In this document: piece by piece, positions 1 through 12,500 of the stretch
Position numbering within the stretch: position 1 is the first letter of the stretch
Layout of the letters: each line of letters opens with the position of its first letter
NCBI GenBank assembly: GCA_024137785.1
Contig: JAHRHZ010000048.1
Span: 959,221 to 1,023,220, forward strand
Length of the DNA stretch: 64,000 nucleotides
Source of the DNA: Ginglymostoma cirratum
Lineage: Eukaryota
Direction: 5' to 3'
Notes under the pieces: model-generated
What the model was told of the DNA's origin: nothing
The model's input: only the letters and a program-made list of their open reading frames with translations
Database searches by the model: none
Position numbers and translations under genes: made by a program

Positions 1-266
1 GGTGTAAATCCTGGAACCTCTTCCCCATTTCTTATTACTGGACTCTGGATCCCCTCCACCCCTCATTCCCTGGCACCTAAGGCACTTCCTGCCCCTTACC
101 CCTTCTTCCTCTGCTCTCTTTTACTCACCCTCAACTATTTTTTTAATTAATCTTCCTTGAGGTTAAAATAAGAAAGAATCCTTTCTTTTAAACAGTGAAG
201 CCCAGCAATAGAACGTACATCCCAGAGTTCCATTCTCCTTTCATGATATCTTCACATGGTCCTTAC

Positions 267-516
267 CGGGCTGGGAAATCGGTCATAAAAAGCTCTGGAA
301 CTAGCTCCTCCAGTGAGACAGGGTCCGTTGGGTGGTTTGGGCACTCGATGTGCGTGTGTTTGATGGCAGTGAGCAAGCAGTCCTCCATACTGAAGTAATG
401 CTGGCCATGAACCTGGATGTGGATTTCAGCTTCCCCTGTTACTGTGGGGGTGCAGTGAGGACATGGAACGTATTGCTCGACCAAGGGAGTTCCATCCGCA
501 TCTGTGGCTGTAAGAG
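267..516 (-). CDS. LRRK1: LRRK1 exon (COR-B end, [22 protein letters not shown]...[14 protein letters not shown])
   Basis: ORF 263..484; actgacag|CT ... GCCCG|gtaagg; 250 bp. Confidence 0.95.
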
Positions 517-3500
517 CTGTCAGTCATGGGGGTAAGAAAAAGGTCTGTCAGTTACATGTAGACTCCCACATAGGTTGTGGCAAGGTAGGAAACAAAATGA
601 TAGAAACACCAAATAGCAAAGGACCAGAATAAATTCAGCATTGAATGGTGAATTTTTAAAGAGTATTTGGTATTGAAATTCCAGATGAAACAGATGACTA
701 CAATGAAAATTCAGGCACCTGATTAGTTGTTTTCTCTTGAACAGCACTGTGAAAATTAGATAGTGAACCTGAGGTCAGAGAATCCAAGTTTTGGAAGAAG
801 AGAGGGGCAGTTGATGGAGGGATGGAGAAAGGACAGAGGCTGAGGACAGGCAAAGGGAGGGAAGGAGGGAGGAAAGGAGGGGTGAGCCTTCAATAAGGAG
901 AAGCTAGAAGAATACAGTTCTCATTTCCATCAAGTGATGGCTGCTGGAAATTCTGATCAGAGAATGCCAACTGCCTGCTACCCACGTCTCGAAATGTAGC
1001 TGAGGCAAATTCACAACTGGTGATTCCAGTAGCCCCAAATAAATTCTTGCCAGAAAGGAACTGGAAACAGATCCACTTTGACCTTGTTTGCACCTGCAAG
1101 TTGTCAAGACAGTGCAATGGTTTCCAGTCCATGGACAGAGTAAGATCCCTGTCTCTACGATGAAAAAAATAACAGTTGGTTCCTCCAAGGGGACATAATT
1201 GTGTTATTTAACTTCTGGTGGCGATTTTGAAATGGTGAAAAGGTATTGGGGCACCCAGTGTAACAATGTCCAGTCCCAAATACTGCCACCATAGCTCTGT
1301 CCGCAATGTTCGAGTATTGGTTTGAGGAAGGCAATTTGAGGCCAAGTAATCTTTCTAGTCAATTCTGTCTGTTAGTTCCACAGTCTAAGAATGGGAAGAC
1401 AGACTTTCATTTCGATGGGATAATAGGAACTGCAGATGCTGGAGAATCCGAGATAACAAGGTGTAGAGCTGGATGAACACAGCAGGCCAAGCAGCATCAC
1501 AGGAGCAGGAAGGCTGATGTTTCGGGCCTAGACCCTTCATCAGAAATGGGGGAGGGGAAGAGGATTCTGAAATAAATNNNNNNNNNNNNNNNNNNNNNNN
1601 NNNNNNNNNNNNNNNNNNNNNNNNNNNNNNNNNNNNNNNNNNNNNNNNNNNNNNNNNNNNNNNNNNNNNNNNNNNNNNNNNNNNNNNNNNNNNNNNNNNN
1701 NNNNNNNNNNNNNNNNNNNNNNNNNNNNNNNNNNNNNNNNNNNNNNNNNNNNNNNNNNNNNNNNNNNNNNNNNNNNNNNNNNNNNNNNNNNNNNNNNNNN
1801 NNNNNNNNNNNNNNNNNNNNNNNNNNNNNNNNNNNNNNNNNNNNNNNNNNNNNNNNNNNNNNNNNNNNNNNNNNNNNNNNNNNNNNNNNNNNNNNNNNNN
1901 NNNNNNNNNNNNNNNNNNNNNNNNNNNNNNNNNNNNNNNNNNNNNNNNNNNNNNNNNNNNNNNNNNNNNNNNNNNNNACTTCTGATGAAGGGTCTAGGCC
2001 CGAAACGTCAGCCTTCCTGCTCCTCTGATGCTGCTTGGCCTGCTGTGTTCATCCAGGTCTACATCTTGTTATTTCATTTCGATGGCACCTGTTATTACTT
2101 CAAAATTTCTCAAATGCTTCAGGCTTAAAGTCATTGCTGAAATTTCTAAGAAGATCAGCCTTTTTATGTATAACAAAATCACACAATCAGCAGCTTGATG
2201 ACCTGCTCAGCTATTTGAAATAACAAAAGAAATAGCAGCTGGAAACGGACATACAGACCCTCAAGGCTGCTCTACCATTCAATAGGATCGGAGTTGAACT
2301 TCTCCAACAACTCCATTTTCTTCCCTCATCCCCATATCCCTCAACTCCGTTGGTGTCCAAATACCTATTAATGTCAATTTTCATTATGTTCATCAACTGA
2401 ACACCCACAGATCTCGGAAGTGGAAAATTCCAAAGATTCAAATTCGAGGGAAGAGACTTCTCAGTTTTAGGGCTGGGGTCAGCTATTTATGACTTTTAAT
2501 CCTAGATTCTCCAGGAGAAACAGCCTTTCAGAATCTGTCCTACAAGTCCTTTAAGATGCTATATGCTTCAATGAGATTACCTAATTCTTTACTGTGCACC
2601 CCTTCTCACTTTGAAGGAATGTCCCATTTTTTCCCTTGGGCAAGGGGACCAAAGCTATACACAATACCCTAGGTGTGGACTCAAAGCCAATATAATTGCA
2701 GCAATCACATCCTTTAATGCCAATCTTCTTACAATAAAGATCATTGTTACGACCCACTGGGTTAGTGTGCCATAAGTCAAATCCTGCTACTTCTAGAGTC
2801 ATGCCAAATGTTAAGTATTTTTTAAGGAAAAAAAAAAGGGTATGCACAGTATTTCAATTTACCTGACTTTGAGACCAAGGTTGATAGAAAGCACTGAGCA
2901 GGTTTCTATGCTGAACAAGAATGATTATTTATTACAAGTAATTAGATGTTGCTATAGGTGAACACATATAACCCATTGGCATATATCATGGCTAACTAAA
3001 ACTCCTCTTTCCACATGCAAACAAAGTAGAGAAAACAGATTATTGAAGAAGACTGGAAAGCCAGTTCAGTAGTATTTACTTCTGGGGAAAAGACCTTGGC
3101 TATTCAACCGACGACCTTCATGATCTTATAAACCTCTACAAGGTCACCCCTCAGCTTCTGACACTACAGGGAAAATAGCCCCAGCTTACTCAGCCTCTCC
3201 CTACAGCTCAAACCCTTCAACCCTGGCAACACCCTTGCAGATCTCTTCAAAACCCTTTCACGTTTCACAACATCCTTCCAATTGCAGAAGACCAGAACTG
3301 CATACAGTATTTCAAAAGTGGCCTAATCAATGTCCTGTACAGCGCAACATGACTTCCCAACTTGTTTAGTCAATGCACTGATCATAAAGGCAAGCATACC
3401 AAACGCCATCTATCTGCGACTCCACTTTCAAGGAATATGAACCTGCACTCCAAGGTCTCTTTGTTATGCAAAGCTGCCCAGGACCTTACCATTAAGTGTA

Positions 3501-6500
3501 TTAGTCCTGCCCTGATTTGCTTTTCTAAAATGCAGGAACTCACATTTATCTAAATTAAACTCCATCTGCCAATCCTCGGTCCCTTGGCCCATCTGATAAA
3601 GATCCTGCTGTACTCTGAGGTAACCTTCCCTGCTGTCCACTACACCCCCAATTTTGGTGTCATATTTTTCTTCTTTCTATTCTTCCTACGTAAGTGTTTA
3701 ATTTCACATTTCCCCACATGGTAATTCAACTATCACCTTCTATCTTCTTGCCCAGCTATTCAATCAGTCTATATTGCTTTGAGCCTCTCTGCATCCTCAC
3801 AGCTTAACTTCCCCTTTTGCTTTGTACCAGCAGTCTTGGATACATTATATTTGGCCCTTTCACCTAAAACCATTAATATAGATTATAAATAGCTGAGGCT
3901 TGAGCACTGGTCCTTATGGTACTCACTATCATCCTGAAAAAGTGCGCTTACTATTTGTTATTTTAATCCTTTAACCAATCCTCAATTCATGTTAATATAT
4001 TACCTCCCCAAGCCTAGGAGCCCTAATCTTGTCTAATGAACTTTCCTGTAGCACCTTATTGAAAGCCTTATAAAATGCTGCCAAGACACAAGGGCAACTC
4101 CACGGTGCTTCTTCAAAATATAGCCAGGGATTATGTATGTTTACAGAGACTATGACACCTTGCTCTAACATCTCATCTGAATGATGTCACTTCTGACAAA
4201 GCCGCACTCCCTTCAGTTTTGCACAGGGCAATCAACCTGAGTTATACACTCAAGTCTCCCAAGTGAGGCTTAAACGCACAACCTGCAGAGCTCAGAGGCA
4301 AAAGTGCTGCCAAATGAGCCAGTCAAATAGCTAAACACTCCCTTACCTGGAAACCACTGATCAATCAGGGAATTGACGTGATCAGTGATGAACGCGACTG
4401 CCGAGAAATCTCGTGTTTCAGACTGGCAATAGATTTTTATTCCCGCACTCTTTTTCCTCTTCCAGTTCACCTCAGAGGATTCCACACTACAGGAAGGCAA
4501 GAACTTGCTGAGTTTCAATAACTATAGATCACAGAAGCATCAACTGAGATAATAACTAATAGCGTAGTTACCTCAGAAACCCACCGTCGTAGTTCACCTG
4601 TAAACCTTCTTGCCAATAAATAGTTTGGTTTCTTCTTACTCGGAAAGTACTACAACGATTGCGACGCTGTGACCTTGTGAAGCTGTAAACTGATGCCCGA
4701 TTTGCTCTGCCTCGTCTTGGATTCTTTTCATTCTCAAAGAGCTGTTTAAACAAAAAAAGCAAAAAGACAAAGTTCAGAGAGGAAAGGATGACCTCGACAT
4801 TAACCATAATGGGTGAGAAAGTGTTGGCAACTGATGGTTGTGGGGGAGTGAATTATGAGAAACTAGCCCCTAAGGCACTCTGCACATATCCACCATTGCA
4901 GCAGAGGATACCAGGGCATCCAAGTATCCTGATGCTAAGAGATCGACAATGTCATTACCATTTCTAATCAGGTTCCACAATGCAAGTGAGAGCCAATTTA
5001 AAATTGCTGATGTTGGGAATTTAAAAGTGAAAGAAAGGCAGAAGCTTCTGGCGCTCCAACGTTTCCTGCACCCTATTGCTCCACACAACATTCCTTACAC
5101 CCCATCACTCCATGATTGTGCCTTAGGAAGGGTGCAAAACATTATAATGGGTGAAAAATGATTCTGACAATTAGATACTTCATTTATGCAGGTGGTTGGA
5201 GAAGCTGGGCTACTTTTCCATGAAGAGAAGGATAAGAGAAGATTTGACAGAGGTATTCAAACATCAGTGGTCTGGACAGAGAAAATAAAGTAAATTAAAT
5301 TATTTCCAATTATAGTAGGTTCAACAACTAGCAGGCACCAATGTAAAGTGATTAGGAAAAGTACCAATGCCAACATTTGGAAAAACATTTTGACGCTGCA
5401 AGTAGTTTGTATCTGGAATCCACTGCCTGAGACTATGGTAGAGTCAAATTAGTTGAACAGAAAAAAATTGCAGGGCTACAGAGAAAGGGTGAGCCTGTGG
5501 GATGAGTACAGATGCTCTTCTGAGAGCCAACAACACTTGATGGACCAAACAGCCTCATTTTATTGCCTGAGCTGCTGAGATTTTCAGAGTTTTCTGTTTT
5601 TGGCTTTATTTCAACCATCCGCAGTATTTTGCTTTACTCTTTTAAGAGGAAAGTCACAATATCTTTCAGAGGAAACAACTCAAACTTCCACATCATGTGA
5701 TTTAATTTCCTGACTTTAACTTTAATCAGGAAGTATCACGACTTGGAACCAATTTTGACAATTTGCACTTGGAGAGAAGTGGCTTCTACTTTCTAGATAA
5801 TGGGAAACACTCACAGATCTGAGGAGATCTTTCATCTGAATTTCTGGCTCAATCATCAATGACATAAACAGTTCAATGGCAGAGAATTTAATAGGAAGAC
5901 ACTGTTAGCCATAGGGACCGATAAACAACCCCTCATTTTTCATCTGTCATCCACTTCCCAAGCCTCTCTCCACACCTTCATTCATGTCCTCCCACCTTCT
6001 TTTCAAAAGAGGAGGAGTGAAGAGGAGAAAAAAGGGGAACGCAGGGAAAAGGTGAAGTAGAGAGAAGCAAAAGCACTTTGGGTCAGTGAGGATCAAAAGG
6101 GAAAGAGAGGGTGTGATGGAAGAGAGAAGGAACAGGGAAAGAAAGGGAGTGGGTATGAAGGGGAAAGGAAAGCTCAGAGGGGCAGGGACGAGAGAAGCCA
6201 TGTTTGTACAGCGGAGCAGAGATTCTGAATAGTTTTTAAAAGCTCTCTACATACTGGTAGAATTGTTTAGACAGTTACTGAGGCTGAGTCACTAAGTATA
6301 TTCAAGGCTGAACAGAGACTTTAAATTGTTAAGGGAACGAAGGGTTATAGGGAAAAGGACAGGAAAGTGAAGTCAATGATTATCAGCTCAACCATGATCT
6401 CCGAACCCAACATCAATACAAGAAATGGCGGTGGATTAGGACACTCCAGCCAAAGCTTGTCTGCCTAGTCTGTTCGTTTTCATTTTTATCTATTTTTCTC

Positions 6501-9500
6501 TTTCATGTTTTATTTCTGTTCTGTTTTCTCCTCTTCCGCCTGCAAGCCAGAGCAGATCGGGGGCGGCTAGCAGACTTGAACGGTTTACTTCTGCACAGAT
6601 GTCTTATGGTGATCCTACAGTCTTACATTACAAATGGCAGTGCTTGTCCTGATGATCAACATGCGATTAGATGAGATTGATGAGACCTACACAAGTGGCA
6701 GATTTTGACATTGTAAACCGCGCTTTTCATTTAAATAAATAAGAATACTGATGCATAGATACGGTTGATGGTCAGATTCTTTTTCCCAGAATTGAAATGA
6801 TTAGTACTAAGGGGAGATGCATTTCAGGTTAGAGGGGGAAAGTTCAAAGGAGGTGTGATGGGCAAGTTTTTTTTTTTTACACAGAGTGGCAGCAGTCTTG
6901 AATGCACTGCCAGGGGTAGTGATGGAGGCAAATACTATAGTAGTGTTTAAGGGACTTTTAGATAGGCACATGAATATGCAAAGAATGGAAGAATATTAAC
7001 CAAGGGCAGGCAGAAGGAATTAGTTTAAATTGGTGCCATGTTCGGCACAACACCATGGGCCAAAGGGCCCGGTCCTGTGCTGTACTGTTCTATGTTCTAA
7101 GAAAATTGTTTGGAACATCTAGATTCCTGCATAAAATGTAATTTCATACTGGAAGAAAGTGCAACCAGCCACAATGCTGGAAAAGCTCTATCTGTATAAG
7201 TAAGTTGGCAATATGGGTCATACCTGGGCATCCATCTCTGCCAAGCTAATCAAGATGCGGGTAATAAATCGTTGCCAAAAGCCAACAGGCACAAAGTTCA
7301 TTTTGAAAAGTCTCTGGATGGTGTTGGTGCTCTTGCTCCGCAAGTTACTAAATTCGAATCCTGGCTTTGATGGCAACAGATGCGGAAGCAGATAACTGGT
7401 GAGAAAAGTAAAGTCACATCCATCAGCAATATTTACTTTCCTTTGAATTACATTCACCACTACTTCTCATAACGATTAGTGATTCAAATTCTATCTTATT
7501 CCTTTAGTATATTTACAAAAAAGCTAGTAGCCTGCATTTCTATTGGGCTGGTCATTTTAGATAATTTCACAATTTATGCATCTAACAGGTTACTGCAGCC
7601 AAATGATTTGAGTTTTCAAAGGCATAAAGGAGGAATCACTGAAACGTGCAGTGGTTATCTGAGGAATGATGCTCCGGCTATTGATGGACTGCAATGAAGG
7701 TGTACACGGCTGGTTCCTGTGATGGCAGGACTGACACATGAAGACAGACTGCGTCAGTTTGGACTATATTCACTGGAATTTAGAAGAATGAGGCGGGGGA
7801 GAGGTCTCATAAAAATTTATAAACACAAACAAGATATTCCTGATATACCATGAAGTCAAGGTCAGGGCTCACTGTCTAAGGATACAGGGTAGGCCTATAG
7901 AACTGAAATGGGAAGAAATTTCTTTACTGACTGGTGAGCCTGTGGAATTCTCTGCCATAATAAATAGTTGAGGTCAATCACTGCATCTTTTCAAGGAGCT
8001 AGATACAGTTCTTAGGGCTAAAGGGATTAAAGTCGGAACAGGCTACTGAGTTAAATGATTAACCATGATCACACTGAATGGCAGAGCAGGCTGAAAGGGA
8101 TGAATGGCCTACTTCTGCTCCTATTTTCTATGTCACTGCACTTATAAAGTGGGACAGATCCAGGGCAATTTAGCATGGCCAATCCACCTAGCCTGCCCAT
8201 CTTCAGACTGTGGGAGGAAATCCACACAGACACGGGGAGAATGTGCAAACTCCTCACAGACAGACAGTCGCCAGAGGGTGGAATTGAACCTGGGTACCTG
8301 GCGCTGTAAGGCAGCAGTGCTAACCACTGAGCCACTGTGCTGCCTCTACTTCAGGGGACAATCCTGTTTAGCAGTGTCTTGTGTCCTATCACCTCTGTCC
8401 CACCTCCCTCAAAAGGTCCAGGAAGATCAGATTTAACCTGGTGTGGAGTCTTCTTCCCACTAGCAACTCTGCTGGCGCTAACCCTATAGTTGCACGAGGG
8501 GTGGGACAGTTCGGTATTTAGTGAAAATACAGGCTGTTTCTTTAAGCCTGCCTTCATAGTTTGGACTGCTCCTTCTGCCAGATCATTGGATGATGCATTT
8601 TATAGAGCTATCCATATATGATGAATACCATTCAATTTTAGGAAATACTCAAATTCCCTGCTGGCAAACAACGGCCTGTAATGTGACCAACACGTCCAGC
8701 ATTCCACGTACTGCAAACAATGTGCACAGTTTTTCTATCATCGTTCCCATGTTTGATGAATAAACTCTATGCACATCCAGCCATTTTGAGTGGGTGTCCA
8801 CAATGACTAAGAACATTGAGCGCATGAAAGGATGTGCATTGTTGATGTGTAACTGAGTCCAGGGATTACCAGCCATTTCCACAAATGTGGGGGAGCTGCT
8901 GGTGGTAATTTTCGTCCTTGCTAGCACTCTGGGCACTGCCCATCAATGCAGCTATGTCTGCATCCAATCCTTGGTACCAGACAACTTAGACAATAGACAA
9001 TAGGTGCAGGAGTAGGCCATTGGGCCCTTCGAGCCAGCACCACCATTCATTATGATCATGGCTGATCATCCACAATCAGTACCCTGTTCCTGCCTTATCC
9101 CCATAACCCTTGATTCCATTATCTATAAGAGCTCTATCCATCTCTTTCTTGAAAGTATCCAGAGACCTGGCTTCCACTGCCCTCTGGGGCAGAGCATTCC
9201 ATATATCCACCACTCTCTGGGTGAAGAACTTCTCGTCAACATAGTAATTTTGGAAACCCCTGGATGGCCCTGGTGGGATTCAGACAGTATCTGGCAGTGA
9301 CCTGTGCTCAGGACAATCATTCTTATTCCCTATAATAGTATGCCATCCTCTGAGAGCTGGTCTTTCCGGATCCAAAAAGGTTTCAATTCTGGCTGTGACT
9401 GCCCTTTGGTTTCCTCCATCACCGCCAATGTTTCAATTTTGCCATGACCAGATCTTTCTGCATCTAAAGTCTGATACTGTCAGCTATGATTGGAAAAGTG

Positions 9501-12500
9501 TCCAGAAAATTTAAAACCATTATGGACTCTTCCAGTAGCAGTATCACTGGTAGTGCACCTGCTACTTGGCCTTCAGCACAGTGTTCCAACTTGCAATTAT
9601 CTGCATTTAGAATTAGAGCCCACTGCTGAATTTGGCCTGAAGCTATGGGCAGCACTGTCTCATCCTCTTTAAGCAGACCTAGCAGGGGTTTGTGGTCTGT
9701 TATCATTACAAATTTACTTCCACAAAAAGGTATCCGTGGGACATTGTACTGAAAATATGACTGCCAAACCTTCCTTCTCTATCTGGGGATATTTATGCTC
9801 CGCATTAGCCAAAGTCCTGGATACATATTCTATTGGGCATTCCTCTCCATTGGGACACCTATGAGCTAATGCTACCCTGATGCCATATGGGAAGACATCA
9901 CACGTGAATACCAGATCTCGTTTGGGAGTGCGCCAACACCTTAGAGGATGGTAGCTGTTTCTTCACTTTCCTGAAGGCTATGAGGCTTGGCTATGCGACC
10001 ATTTCCAAGGCTGACTCTTCTTAAAAAATTGATTTGAAGATGCCTGGATGGAGGCCAGGTTATGTAAGAACTCTCCGTAACAGTTCACCAGCCTATGGAA
10101 AGACCCAAGCTCCAATACTGACATGGAAGCCACGGCATACTTGATCGCCCTCACTTTATCTTCCAACAGGTATATACCAGTCTTGCCAACTCTGCAGCCC
10201 AAGTCAGTCATCTGTGGTGCCTGGAACACACATTTTTCACTTCTAAGGCATATGCTCACCTGGCAGAAACATCCAAGGACTATGTCCAAGTTCTCTAAGC
10301 GTATCTTATTGTCCTTCCCAGTCATTAGCATGTCATCTAGATAAATGGTAATCTGGGATAGGCCTTGTAAATTGTTCTCCATTCTGCAATTTTTCAGTGC
10401 ACAGACTGATGATAGCCCAAATGGCAGTCTCATATATTGGTATAAACCCATATATAGGTATTAATTGTATCATACTCTGGGAATCCTCATCTAATCACAA
10501 TTATAAATACGGTTGGCTCATGTTCAGCTTCATAAAGGACAGCCCTCTTGCCAGCTTTGCGTATAAATCCTCTACGTCAGGGAATGGGTATTTATCCAGC
10601 TTAGAAAAGCTGCTGCTCATTCCACAAACTGGACTGATGTGATGATTCCTTCACTTGCCAGCTTTCTGATTTCCGCCTCTACTTCCCCCCATAAGGCAAA
10701 AACGTGGAATTGCTTCCAGGTCAACAAGGGGGCCTTAGCTCCTTTGATACTCCCTAGACTTTCCTGAAAGATGTTCAGGTGTGTAATTAGGACTTCACTC
10801 AGGCAGCCATTTTCTCATTGAAAAATGTTGAGCCAATCTAAGTGAATCTTTCTCAACCAATTTTGCCCCATCAAGCTTGGGCCCTCTTACTATAATCAGT
10901 TATAACTGAATCAGCTGCTTCGCATGAGAGACCAGAACTGAAGTTATACCCTCAATCTGTAAAAGTTCCCTGGTATGGGTTCTCGGTCTTGCACAAACTT
11001 AATGGTTGGAGTCCAGAGCAAATTTTACTGAAGGCTGGTTCTGTGATCACTGAAACAGCTGCACTGGTATCAACCTCCATTAGAACCAGGTGACCATTTA
11101 ACCAGACTTTTATTTTGATTGGTTCTGGATGTTGCTAAGCAATTTAACCGTTCCAAACCAGATGTAGGCAGACTTTCCAGGGTGTTCACTGTCCTGGATA
11201 CCAGCCTATGAATTGTCTTACTCAATTACATGTAGTAGGATTCTTTTGCTGTCTCAAGTCTGCACGCATGCAGCTTGCCGGCTCAGATCCTGAAGAAAAT
11301 TTCGACAGCTTGCCGAAGCTTGGCTTGGTTTTGGAGTTTTGCTGGGGGCTGACCTAGAGCTCCTCTTTTAAGGATATGTCCTGAGTGAGCCAAGCAAATG
11401 CCTTCACTCAAGTGGTGTTCCCCAAGCTCAGATGTACTGGTGAGGGTGTCCACTTCCATTGGAATACCTTGCAATTCATATGCTCCACTTGCTGCATTTT
11501 CCAATGATAAAGACAATTGTAGTGTTGTCCAGTTGGGCTTCAGCTAGTAGGTGCTTTTGTATGATTATATCATTAATTACACATACCAAGTGGTCTCTCA
11601 GCATCTCATTAAGGGCTAAACCAAAGTCACATGCCTCGGCTAGTCATCTTAACCTTGTCAAAAATCCTGACGCGGATTCCCCTGGTTCTTGAACTGCTGA
11701 GTAAAACTGATGGTGTCTCAGAACGACACAAGGCTATCGGGTTGTAATATTCCGTAACCAAATCTGTCAACACTTGAAAGATGTTATTATCTGGTGCCTT
11801 GGGAAAAGTTAGGCTCCTACTAACCGAAAAAGCTGTGGGTATACAAGCTGTCAGAAGAATTACTTATTGCTTTTCATCTGCCTCAAACTCATTTGCCTGG
11901 AAAAAATAATGCATTCTTTCCATATACTGGACCAATCTTCAATGGCAGGATCAAATGAGTTAAGCTTCTCATATTATGCATGATGCCAGAAATACTTATC
12001 TCAACTCAAAAGATGACTGTTGCAAGTGAATTTCTTCAGTTGTGTGTTTTTCTCTTATTACCACCGAAATAACCCCACAGAGGCTGGTATCCCACCACCA
12101 AATCACCCTTTATTTACACATGGAAAATCCTTGACACTGATCCAATTCCCCCAGAGTGAGCTCTGAGGGTGAAAAGGATGTCTGACACTTCTGTTTGGCC
12201 AGGGCACCCTGACTGAACCAGATTAACAGCCCTAATCAGGGAACTCATTCTATGAGGTCTACCTGGTTGACTTCATTACAATCACTACAGGAGCCAGTAT
12301 AGGTCAACAAGGACAAGGCTGACAGGAGAATGGGATTTTGGCATTAAGATGTGGCCAGCAGAGTTTGAGATGAACTGAAGTTTACAGAGGGTAGAACATA
12401 TAAGGCCAGTCAGGAGTCTGGAATTCTCAGGTCTAGTGGTAACGAAGACAGGAATGAGAGTTTCAGCAGCAGATGAGCTGACACACAGTGCTATCAGATG

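Larger units (their letters stand above)
1419..2071. mobile_element. Inverted Penelope-like (pLTR-type) insertion spanning an assembly gap
   Basis: 1450-1545 is the reverse complement of 1979-2071. A perfect 14-bp direct repeat tttcatttcgatgg at 1405-1418 and 2072-2085 flanks it. Both arms carry a hammerhead motif. Confidence 0.7.

Noticed and set aside
517-545. Possible U12 branch point (ttcttacc) before the last exon
   Set aside because: The matching donor is a U2-type CAG|gtaagg, and the branch motif is imperfect.
790-890. Purine-rich tracts (also 6010-6200, 20060-20110)
   Set aside because: Ordinary low-complexity sequence with no specific structure I can support.
8161-8345. tRNA gene-like A/B boxes (also at 61162 and ~38100-38190)
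   Set aside because: These are heads of tRNA-derived SINEs with no complete cloverleaf.
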